The notes beneath the pieces were generated by a model, which worked only from the letters and a program-made list of their open reading frames with translations, was not told the DNA's origin and ran no database searches. From positions 1 through 64,000 of the forward strand of contig MU053216.1 in assembly GCA_013239625.1 (NCBI GenBank): a stretch of 64,000 nucleotides of DNA, written 5' to 3'. Position 1 is the stretch's first letter, and every line of letters starts with the position of its first letter. The stretch comes from Lama guanicoe (lineage: Eukaryota). Positions 10,760-21,700 of this stretch are shown piece by piece. Made by a program: the position numbers and the translations under genes.

Positions 10760-13190
10760 ACAAAACACACAAAGAAATAAGGCACCATACTGAGAACCAG
10801 AAGAAAAAAGCAACAGCATCAGAGCTGAAAAGACCTCAAATATTGGAAAGATGAGACACAGGATTAAAAGTCACTTTTAATGTTTTAAAAAATAAAACTC
10901 CAGATTGAAAATATGAGTAAAGAATAAATGACTAGTAAAAGGACCCAAGATATTTAAAAACACAGAACTTCTAAAGAGGAAAAAAAATTGAAATTTATAA
11001 CCCAATGGAGAGGTTAAATATCTGATTGGACACAATCAGATAGAAAATTAGTGAACTAAAACAACTGAAGACATTATCCTAATGCAGCCCGGGATAAGGA
11101 GGTGGAAAAAATATGAGAGATTATTTAAAAGGTTTAGAAGACTGTGAAGGACAAAAGTAATTCCTGTGTTCAAAACAGAGAAGTCAGAGAATGAATTTTA
11201 CTTTATGCGTCTATTGCATAGAGTTGTGTGTGTGTACACACATTTATGTAGAGGGGACTGTTAATCAGAATTAAAGTATTCTAAGATCCTCGTTCAATGG
11301 AAGAGTAATTATAGTAACTCAAATATTAAGTTAAAATGTTCATTTTAAATTTCAAGGATAACTCCAAAGGCTAGAAGTAGTGTTTAATGCCAAAACCAGA
11401 GAGAGAGAAAAAAGAAAAATAAGAGTTACCTGATGGAATAGTACAAATAAATTTATAAACATAAATATTACCTGATAAATAAAAATGAACAAAACTCATT
11501 AGCTAAAAAAGTTTCTCTTATTCAATTCTTTTAAATTACAGCTTTTCCTATTTATTCACCTGAAACCTAATAATAAAGACAAGTTTGAAGAAGCAGCATG
11601 AATAAAGATATACCTGGCTGATACAACTGAAATAGCTTATATTGGACAAGATAGACTTTAAGAAAAAAAAAAAAGAAGCATCACCAGAGAGACAGGAGAT
11701 CAAGACATATCTTAAGGCTTGCTTGATAAAAGATGTACCTTATTAGGGAGCTGGAACACTGTATATTACTCGAGACTTGACCTCCAAGAGACTTTGTTAG
11801 TATTGACAAAGCACCCAGAGAGAAATTGCTCAATCATGGGAAATTTTAACATATCTCAGTAACTGATAGATCTGGAATACACACCCCCAAAATTAGTCAG
11901 GTTTGAATACAGTCAACAAGCTTGATCCAGTGAGCATATACAGAACATTGCATCCTTTATACTTTTTGTTAAAGGCATAAGTGAAACATTTATGAAAGCT
12001 GACTGTGTAGCATCTCAACAAATTTCAAAGAATTGAAGAGACACACGAAGTTCACTGACACAATACAATTAGGTTCTAACCTCTCTGGTTTATAAATTAA
12101 TGACAAAAAGAAAGATTTTTAAACCTGTATTTTTTAAATAAATGCATATATTTTGCTAACTAAAAATAGGCACTTGCCATCTGCCTCTGCAAGGACTGGA
12201 TCACGTTAGCACTTGCCATCTAACTCTCCTTGGATTAAATGACAAGCCACTGCAGCCGCTGACCTCCAACACTCCCCAAAAGGAGTTCAAGGTGGAGATC
12301 AGGAATGAGGCACTCTGTGCTCTGGGAAAACTGGCTGAACAGGCCTTCAGGTGGTTAAATGTTTTCAGGACAACCCAAATTATAAACCTGAATTGTTGTG
12401 TCTCCTCGTATCTAGAAAAGCACTAAAATCATTAACGGTGACATACGCTCTTCATGACTAGCAGCAGCCTCTGCCTAAACGTGTGCTTGACTGCACGTCC
12501 CCCCTTCACTGAAATCATATATAATACTGAGTTTTCCTCCTGCCTCTTTGGAATGGTTTCTCAGAGCTCTCTGAGGTGCTGTCTCCTGGAGTATCGTCTT
12601 CATTTTGCCCCGAATAAAAGTTAATCCACAACTCTCACCCTGTGTGATTTTATTTCAGTCAGCAATTTCTAAACAGTTCATAAGTTAAAGAAAAACCATA
12701 ATGGAAGTTAGAAAATATTTAGAACTGAACCCTAATGGAATTACTAATCAGAACTTGGGTCATGCAGTTAATCCTGTTCTTGAAGGAAAATTATAGCCTT
12801 AAGTGAAAATAAGTAAAACTAATAAACTAGAAAATAAACGAGCCTAAAAATTTTTAAAGTAAGCATCCATCATAAGAATTTAGTAAAGTAGAAGGAACAA
12901 AAAAACAATGGAAACATAGGAAAGGAAATACTCAGTATAGGCCAAATTTAATGACAGAGCCAGAAACATCATAGAGAATGAAAGGGAAGCTACCCAGTGG
13001 GAGGAGGGTCGCAACAGGGGATACGGACAAAGAAGGTCTGCAGGGAAATGCACAAAGAACTGGTACAGATTAGTGAGGAAAAGACAAGCTACCCCCTCGG
13101 AAGGAAGGACCTCCACGAAGACATCTGCAAAAGAACAAACGTTTCAAAAGGAGCTCATCTCACTTCTCCTCAGGGAACTGTGACTACAGG
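10760..13190 (+). mobile_element. Highly decayed L1 (ORF1/ORF2-endonuclease region) interrupted by a solo LTR
   Basis: A-rich sequence with L1-like remnants (AGAAAATTAGTGAACT, ATAGACTTTAAG, TTAGAAAATATTTAGAACTGAA). Boundaries approximate. Confidence 0.6.
12154..12664 (+). mobile_element. ERV1-type solo LTR (511 bp)
   Basis: Terminal inverted repeat TGCTAACT...AGTCAGCA, 4-bp TSD ATTT (12150-12153 and 12665-12668), AATAAA at 12613. Confidence 0.85.
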
Positions 13191-13208
13191 TTAAAATGGC
13201 TCAGATTA

Positions 13209-13408
13209 AGAATAGATAAACAAGATTGTACTGTGTAGCACAGGGAAATATATACAGGATCTTGTGGTGGCTCACAGCGAAAGAGAATGTGACAATGAAT
13301 GTATATATGTTTATGGATAACTGAAAAATTGTGCTCTACACTGGAATTTGACACAATGTTGTAAAATGACTATAACTCAATTAAAATAAAGTTTATATAT
13401 ATTTTTAA
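13209..13408 (+). mobile_element. Short 5'-truncated L1 3' end with 16-bp TSD
   Basis: TSD AAAATGGCTCA(G/A)ATTA at 13193-13208 and 13409-13424, at a TT/AAAA site. Artiodactyl-type L1 3' UTR (GTAGCACAGGGAAATATATAC). Confidence 0.85.
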
Positions 13409-13462
13409 AAAATGGCTCAAATTATAAAGACTGAAGTGCCACGTGTCGGAAAGGAGATAGAA

Positions 13463-13626
13463 CAAGGGTTGGGAAGTGGTGTCTGCTCGCCACATGTTTT
13501 GTGGCCGCCCAGAGCTACTTTCGTGCTGCAGGACTGAGTTGAGCAGTGGAGACAGAGGCTGCAGAGTTCACAAAATCTAGAATATTTACTGTTTGGTCCT
13601 TTACAGAAAACATTTATCAACCTCTA
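13463..13626 (+). mobile_element. MER58A-like hAT-Charlie DNA transposon remnant
   Basis: GAGTTGAGCAG...AATATTTACTGTTTGGTCCTTTACAGAAAA resembles the recalled MER58A consensus. Confidence 0.7.
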
Positions 13627-13629
13627 ATG

Positions 13630-14190
13630 TAGAGAAGCAAGAATTCTCATCACTGCTGGTGTCAGTGAAAACCAGCACAATCACTGTAGAGAACTGTTTG
13701 CCGTCCCTGCTACAGTTACACACTGTGTACCTAACGATGGCTCCTTCCCTAGGTACACACTCAGCAGAAATCCAGACACTTGTGCCCACAGGATGTGGCG
13801 ATAATGTGCACAGGAACGTTATTCATAACAGCCACAAACTGGAAACAACCCAAATGCACATCCGTAGTAGAACGGGGGGAAATCCCTTGTCTACTTATAC
13901 AATGGAATGCTAACCAGTAATGACAATGAACAAGCTGCTGTCACAACAATATGGATGAATCTGAAAAGCATAATGCCAAAGAAGCTAGACACAAAAGAAT
14001 ACATACTGTATAATCCCATTTATATAAATTCCTAAAAGGCAAAACCAATTTGTGCTTGGAAGTCTGGACAGTGGTTACGTCTGAGAGGTGGGGACTGGGT
14101 GTGAGCGCAGAGGCTTCTGACAATCTGGCGACGGACGCCCTACCTCCTTATCTGAGTGGGTGTGTTCACATGGTGAAAAGTCTGTCTGGT
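13630..14190 (+). mobile_element. Ancient L1 (L1ME-like) 3' end
   Basis: ATTCATAACAGCCACAAACTGGAAACAACCCAAATG and ACAACAATATGGATGAATCT motifs. Confidence 0.7.
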
Positions 14191-14194
14191 TGTG

Positions 14195-15000
14195 CAAAGG
14201 GGTAAAAATCTGATTAGACAGAGTTTAAGAGGACTCAGGTGGGGGGAAACTGAAGCAGAAAAACTGGCAACAACTCTTTGGAGGAGTTTTGCTGTGAAGG
14301 AAGACAAAAATAAAGTGAGGCGGTAGCTAGCAGAGGAAATGGGGGAGATGAGAAGTTGCCTTTCTGTTTTAAGAATGTGGAGGGAAAGAATGCAGTAAGG
14401 AGGGGAAGCTGCTGCTGTAGAAGACAGAAGGGGGTTGCTGCGGCCACGCCTTCAGCTAGGTGTGGGGGCTGGGACCCAGTGCCTGAGCAGAGGTGGGACT
14501 CTGGGCTAACCCGCCAGTGGCAGCAGGTGGTGAGCAGAGCATTTGGGTGCAGAGGCTGCCGGCGGGTAGATGCAGTGGAGGGAATCTTTGGAAGCTCTCT
14601 TCTGATGGTTTCAATTTCTCAGTGAGGAAAGCAGCACATTCATCACCTGAGGGCGGAAGAAGAGGTCAAGGAGGTTTAGAGGACAGAGAAGGTGGGAAAT
14701 GTTCTCTGAGAGTAAGAGAGAAAAGGGGCTAGGGAGGCACTACAGGCAGCTCCATGGGCTACCCAGGGATTGTGGTCATGGAATGGAAGTGATGCTGGTC
14801 GGCGTAGCTGTCTGTCTGCCAGCTGTGGTCAGCTGAATAGGCTCAGGCTCAGAACAGAGAAGACTGACCACTGGATGCAAACAGGCCATTGGTTGTGGAT
14901 TTGCCGAGCTATAGAGTGAATTGAGAATGGCAGAGAGGTTCCAAGTATGCACGAGGCAGTGGCTGTGAGATGGGCCGTTGAGGTTAACTGCGAAATCTTG
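14195..15000 (-). mobile_element. Decayed LINE-2 fragment
   Basis: Purine-rich L2-antisense-type text (ACTCTTTGGAGGAGTTTTGCTGTGAAGG...GGCGGTAGCTAG). Boundaries approximate. Confidence 0.55.
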
Positions 15001-15309
15001 GCAGAAAGGACACCAGCAGAGTGAGGAATAAAAGCTGGAAGCTGGCTGGTGCCCAGTCAGGGCATGGTGTCGGTGACACCTTATCAAAGACACCAGGGGC
15101 TGGATTACCTCTCATGCTTTTCAGCAATTTATCGAAGTGCCAGGGGAAATCTCCTTGCTGCAAACAATCCAGCAAATATAGAACTACCAATATTACAAAA
15201 AGAAAAACAAAACAAAATCAGGCAAAGCAATCCCAAAGTATCACAAGGAGACTTTCTCAATGTTCCTGGCATTTTCTAGAGTGACCATGTTGTCTGTGAA
15301 TATCACTGG

Positions 15310-15530
15310 ATTTAAGAATGAGGATTTGAAAGCAGAGTACGTGGATTCAAAACACAGCTCTGCCTCTTGGGCAAGTTATTTTTGACCCCTTATGGGCCTT
15401 AATTTTCTCATTTCTAAGTGGGAATAAAAATAGTTTGTACTTATGTGGTTGTGAGAATTAAATAAATTAACTCATGAAAGATACTTTAAACAGTAACAAA
15501 CCTGTACTAAGGGCTTATTTATTTTAGCTA
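15310..15530 (+). mobile_element. MIR SINE
   Basis: Core TTGGGCAAGTTATTT...CTCATTTCTAAGTGGGAATAAAAATAG...GTTGTGAGAATTAAATAA. Confidence 0.65.
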
Positions 15531-16469
15531 CTATTATCATTATCATTTAAATGATTTTAATATTACTAGTTAAAGAAAACTCATAATTTCTTTTGCAAAG
15601 ATACAATTTAAGCACTACCTACATCTGCCAGCTCATTTGGCACCTCTCCCTCCACCAGCCATCCTGCATTCTGCTTACTCCCGGGAACACCATTTCTCCC
15701 TTTACTCTGACAAGTTATAGTGTTCAAAGGGGTCTGAAGAACTTGGGCTGGATTCAAGCCATCGTCCTCAGCAATGATTGATCTAGGTACAGCACCACTC
15801 ACGAGGGACAGTGGGCAGGAAAACAAAGATTACAGGAACAGCTGAGAAAATAAAAAAGGAAGAAACCATTGATCTCAGTAATTTCCAGAGTCCTTTCTGT
15901 GCCCACAGAAGGCATTAATCCCTTCAGACACTGGCTTCTCACCCAGACCTGTGCCATCCCAGAGACAGAGCAGCTGCTGCAGCGCAGGCTTCAGATAACA
16001 AGCAGTAACAAAGACCAGGAACCAGGTGAGAACAAAATGAGGTAACAAAGAAGAGCTGGTCTTGCCCCCAGTTCCACTCTGCCCGCCATGGATGTGTACC
16101 TTCACCCAGTCTCCCTGTCCCATGGTTCCCTGACCCTCTCAACCAGGAGTGATTCTGCCCAACTTCGCACCTGCAAGTGCAATCCCTGGGAATTACCATG
16201 CTTTACCCAGGACTAGCTGGAGACTTGTGATGCTAACTGCAGTGCCCTTTGGACACTGGGTCTTGAATACCTGTCTACAGGCAACATATTCTAGTGGTAA
16301 CCAGTACAGCCTTCTGTGTTTGTCAGTAAATAAATCTGTAAGGGAAAAAAAAAAGGTGAGAGAGATGGAGGGAGAACCGATACCTTTAAAAATACCTAAG
16401 AGACATCAATAAATCTCAACATGTGGACCTCATTTGTATCCTTATTCAAACAACACATTTAAAATATGC

Positions 16470-17176
16470 AAACCAGACAAATACAGTACAAAAAGTGGAA
16501 AACTACAGAGCAATATCTCTCATGAATAAGAGACACAAAATAGACACCATAATTATTAATCAAATACAGCAATATGCAAAAAGAATAATATACCACAGCC
16601 AAGTGGGGTTTATCCCAGGAAAGCAACACTGGCTCAACATTAAAAAAAAAAATCCACCATATTATAGTGTGGAGATGATCATATCAATTGATGTAAAATA
16701 AAACATTTTACAAAGGTCAGCATCCCTGCAAGATAAAAAGTCTCAGAAAACTAGGAGTAGAAGGGAACTTCCTCAATCTGATAACGGGGAGCTACAAAAC
16801 AAACAAACATGTACAGCTAACATCATACTTAATGGTGAGAGCCTGAATGCTTTCTCCCCAAGATCAGGAAAAAGGCAAGATACTCACTCTTACCACTCCC
16901 ACGCAACATCGTACTGGAGGTCCTAGTCTGTGCAATAAGGCAAGAAAAATAAAAGGGATATGCACTGGAAAGGAAGAAACACAACTGTCCCTATTCACAG
17001 GTGACATGATTGTCTATATAGAAGATTCCAAGAAATCTTAGAACTAATGACTGAGTTTAGCAAAGTCACAGGATACAAGATCAACACACAAACATAAATC
17101 ATGTTTCTATAGACTAGTAATGAACAACTGGAAATCAAAAAATTTTTTTAAAAATAGCATTTAAAATAGCACCCCC
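16470..17176 (+). mobile_element. L1 ORF2 reverse-transcriptase fragment
   Basis: Translations ENYRAISLMN, QVGFIPG, MIISIDV and LSLFTGDMIVYIE are L1 RT motifs, broken by frameshifts. Confidence 0.9.
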
Positions 17177-17425
17177 TGTTACGGCCTGAATTGTGTCCTT
17201 TACAATTCATATGTTGAAGTCCTAGCCTCTAGTACTTTAGAATGTGCTGTATTTGGAGACAGTCTTTAAAGAGGTACAATGAGGTCATATGGGCGGGCCC
17301 TAATCCAATATGACTGGTGTCCTTATAAGAAGAGGAAATGGCATACACAGAGGGAAGACTATGTGAAGACACAGTGAGAAGATGAGCATCTACAAGCCAA
17401 GGAGAGAGACCTCAGGAGAAATCAG
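17177..17425 (+). mobile_element. Partial MaLR LTR (MLT1A/B-like)
   Basis: Starts TGTTACGGCCTGAATTGTGTCC...AATTCATATGTTGAAGTCCTA and contains CCCTAATCCAATATGACTGGTGTCCTTATAAGAAGAGG. Confidence 0.85.
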
Positions 17426-17915
17426 GAGCAAATGTCAATCTACTGGGAAACTGTATGAGAGAGAGAGTGGCTGTCCTGACAAACATGTCACTCCAGCTCT
17501 CAGTGTCTATTTCTGGCTCCTCCTGTCCCATGCTTCTGCTGCCAACAGAGCTCAGCTCTAAACCCCTAACTGAACATCAGGACGTCTTCCCAGGCATTAC
17601 AGCAGCTGACAGCTGTTGTGTTTTGCTCTCTGACTGCAGTACACTAAGCAATTACATGTCTCACATGGGCTTATCAACTGGATGGATTTCCGTCTGTAGA
17701 CAGGAATCAGAGATAAGCTAAGTAAGTCATCCAAGGGCACAGAGCCAGTCAGTGCTGGAGGCGATTCTGATTCAGACCAGTCAGCCTCCAAAGCCAGGTC
17801 TTTGACTCTGGAGTCAAGAGAACCCAGTTCCAGACAAGAAACTTGACTTGGATCCAAAGCAAGCTCCACAGTGAGCTGGATGGCCTGAGGGCCTGGCCCA
17901 GTGAGCAAAACTGGT

Positions 17916-18215
17916 TGTTGCAGGCCAATAAATCAGGAGACGAGGTGCTGGGGCAAGGAAAAGCGACTTTATTCTGAAAGCTGGAAGACCAAGAGGAATG
18001 GCAGACTAATGTTTTGGAGAACCATCCTAGTCTAGTCAGAATACAGGCTCCTTTTATACAAAAAATAAGGGACGGGGAGGAAAAATAAGGGAGAGGGTGT
18101 GGTTGATTGCTATAATCTTCTTGCTGCAGGCATTCTTTATTCTTGCAGCCATCCGCGTGGGCTAGGTCACGGTGTCCCTGTAAACCTCCAACAAAACAAA
18201 GGTTATTCTCTACTA
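17916..18215 (-). mobile_element. Partial ERV LTR (artiodactyl type)
   Basis: TG terminus, minus-strand AATAAA, and GAGACGAGGTGCTGGGGCAAGGAA...GACTTTATTC, resembling recalled artiodactyl LTRs. Confidence 0.55.
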
Positions 18216-18764
18216 CACAGTCACGGAAGCAGGGAATGAAGGTGCCACTGTCATTCCTGAGGAGCCACAATTCAGCCGTTGAAGAACTAAAGTGACTACA
18301 CAAATGAGTAATTTCAGTCCCTCCTGCTCAATGCCACACACCTTCCGGCTTAGCATTCGCAGACTTGGGGACTTCTAGTTCCCAGCTTGGCGTGGTTCTA
18401 CATTTGACAGGACTCCCACCCTACTCGGGGCTAAGCGGCGAGGTGGCAGGGAATGAAGGCTGGGATGGAGAGTCTGGAGCAGCACTCCTACACGGTCTTG
18501 CAAGAGTCCCGGAGCGGCCGGCCACCGAGTTGGGAAGAAGAAGCGAGCGCGGAGAGACTCCGCCCCTTCCCATCCCCCTGAAGGGCCCCGCCTCCCGCCA
18601 GAGCCCCGCCTTCCTCCCGGCCCCGCCTCCTGTCAGCCCCGCCTCCTGCCAGACCCCGCCTTCCTCCGGGCCCCGCCTCCAGCCTGGCCGCCTCTTCTGC
18701 CCACTCCGCGGCGCATTGTGGGATCTGAGCGCCCCTGGCTCAGTGGAGGACGCGGTTGGTGGTC

Positions 18765-18779
18765 ATGGGGTTCCAGCCG
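18765..18779 (+). CDS. CYB5R1: CYB5R1 coding exon 1 (MGFQP)
   Basis: ATG followed by a GTAAGA donor. Confidence 0.9.
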
Positions 18780-21700
18780 GTAAGACCCTCGCTCCGTATC
18801 CCTCACCAGGGGGCTCCGCTCCCTCTGGTTCCTGCCACTCAGCTCAGGACCTAGGGCTCTCACCGCCGACCCCAGCTCTACACCCGCCCTGGATGCCGGG
18901 GTCCCGGTACCGCACACTCGGGCTGGGGACCCCGCCCAGGCTGCCCCTCTGGCCTCCGCTTGCTCCCGCGCGGGAGCTCGGGATCGCCCTTCCGGGACGC
19001 TGGTCGTAGGGGCCGATCACCCCCTACGCCCTGGGCTCTTCCCCAGCGCGGCGGTCACGCTGCCTCCTCCATCCACAGAGCCCAGTCCTGCTGGCCTCCC
19101 TCGGGGTGGGGCTGCTGACTCTGCTCGGCCTGGCCCTGGGCTCCTACCTGGTTCGGAGGTCCCGCCGGCCGCAGGTTACGCTCCTGGACCCCAATGAGAA
19201 GTACCTGCTACGACTGCTAGATAAGACGGTGAGTGGTGTAGTTAGGGGAGGCGACCGGAATTCCGCTTCTGGTATGAAGGGGACAGCTCCGCTGTGGCTG
19301 GGGTGCCTCAGGGACTTGGCAGCACCAGACCTGCTTGGTGAAACGCTTATGTCATCCATCCTTCAGACCGTGAACCACAACACCAAGAGGTTTCGCTTTG
19401 CCCTGCCCACCGCCCACCACGTTCTGGGGCTGCCTGTGGGTAAGGAAAGTGTGGAGGGGGCTCCTTTCCCTGGTATCTTAACAGGGTGATTCCCCTTCCG
19501 GGGTCTCCTGAAACACGCTGCTTCAGTCTATCACTTCTCCACTCCATTCCCCTTTCCCTACCTGGCTGTGGATCCTCCAGGCTGTGAGGTGCCCTGGGCC
19601 ACTCTAGGGTACAGCTTCTGTGCCCCCAGACATCTTTAACACTCAACAGTCCTCCATCCTTCCTGCAGGACTTGCTCATATCCCCCCTGAGCAAACACTA
19701 ATCTTTTCCCCATGGCCCAGACCCTCCACTCACCACTAAGTTCCTGGCAGTTATTGATAAAGAGTTTCTGCAATGGGGGGCTAATGAGGGATCCAGCTGG
19801 GGGCTCAAGGGTGAATCCTTGCCTGGTAGCTCACTGGGACCCCAGCAGGAAGCAAGATGCTTTTGTCCTCTCAAACCTCCCAGAGAATGTTGAAAGGTAA
19901 CGGGAATGCAGTGTGTCCACAGCAGCGCTTATGTGGCTCTAAACATGGTCCCCAGGCAAACATGTCCACCTCTCTGCTCGAATTGATGGTAGCCTGGTCA
20001 TCAGACCCTACACTCCCATCACCAGCGATGAGGACCAAGGCTACGTGGATCTTGTCATCAAGGTAAGAGGGTAGGAAGGAGCACCAGAAGCCCCTTAGCC
20101 TCCTCACTGTGGTATTTTTAGAAACTTCCAAGATGTGTTTGATAGCAAGAGATGCATCCTTTGTGGACACAAAGAAAGTATGTGGACTGGGAAAAGAGCA
20201 TGTGTCATCCCTGCCCCAGCTTCAGGCAGGTTCAGTCAACAGTCCAAATAAAGTACTCTCCATTCTGTCTTATCAGGTCTACCTGAAGGGTGTGCATCCC
20301 AAATTTCCTGAGGGAGGGAAGATGTCTCAGTACCTGAATAGCCTGAAGATTGGGGATGTGGTGGAGTTTCGAGGGCCAAGTGGGTTGCTCACTTACACTG
20401 GGAAAGGTAATGACCTGTCTCCCACTTCAGTGCCCATGGTCCTCTGCACATAGTGTGGCTCAGTGTGTTCGTGTATATGTGCACTTGGGCAAGGGCCAGC
20501 TGCCTCTCCTGTAAACACAGCACCAAAATTATAGAAAGGCACGTTCCTCAGCCCCGTATGCCACAGAGATCAGTCCCAACCACTTGAATTCACCAGCGGA
20601 GACAGCTGTGGAGATTGCTAACACAAACAAATGCAAATGTGTCTCTTTCTCTCCCTCAAAGATTCACCCCTCAGGCTGAGCTGTTCAGAGAGCCAGGGAC
20701 AGCTTTCAGCTCTTCCTACAGGAATAGCTGGGTGCATTAGCAAGTCTCTGGAGGTGCTCTGTGCCACTTGGGAAAGTAGATTCACACCTGGCCCCGTGCC
20801 TGTCACCCTCACCAGGGAGTGACCCTCTGCTAGAGGCAGCTAATGACTCACTGTGTGGCCTTAAACTGACTTGTAGTTAATAATATGAGGCAGACAGTCC
20901 TGGCCCCATTGTCCTTTAAGTGTATCATTGTCAGGGTTGGCTCGATGCAAACCTCCACCCGAGCTCTGGGATCAGATTGCGTGGCAGCTGCTAAACTGGC
21001 TCAGGGTGTATTTTCAGTTCTGCATTTGTTTTCCTAGTTCCCTGTGTTGACTGTATTCTTTCACCCCTCCCTTCGCCTGACTTCTCAGGGAAGTTCAGCA
21101 TTCAGCCCAACAAAAAATCTCCACCAGAACCCCGAGTGGCCCGGAAACTGGGGATGATTGCCGGCGGTACAGGTGCATGTCCCTGAGGGCTGCTCCCTCC
21201 CATGGTGACTGTTGCTGAGGAAACTTCCAGGTGACCCTCAGAAGGTTTGATAATGACAGCCAAACTGTTTACCAGGGGTTCCCAGAAATGCCTCGAGTTC
21301 CTCAGCTTCTGCAAAACAAAATCATAATCAGATAGAACCCCCCCCCAAATTTAACTGACAGAATGAGAGAAATAAATCATGTGGGCTCTCCCAAGACCTG
21401 AAATTGAATGAATCTAATAATTTTTAGGTGAGAACAGAGAAGCAGCTAGGAATAGGATAGTTAAGAAGAAAGACACTATGCTAGTCACTTTATGTATGTA
21501 TCTATGAAGTAGGTACTACCCCTCCCTTTTTACAGTTGAGAAAATGGAGGCTCAGAGAGGTTAAATGATTTCCATGTGGCCAGAGGCAGGGTTAGTGTGC
21601 ACCTCTGCCCAGTTTCAAAGTACATGCACTTAACCTGCAAGTACAGTGTCTAGAACTCTCTCCATTGAATCCCTGTGATATTTGAGCCTTAGCCTCCAGG

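Larger units (their letters stand above)
18500..19270 (+). promoter_or_regulatory. CYB5R1: CYB5R1 CpG-island promoter with clustered GC boxes
   Basis: CpG-rich; six CCCCGCC boxes at 18585-18680, just upstream of exon 1. Confidence 0.85.

Noticed and set aside
18365..19009. 214-aa Pro-rich ORF over the CYB5R1 promoter
   Set aside because: Stop-poor GC-rich CpG island, non-ATG start, no recognisable domain.
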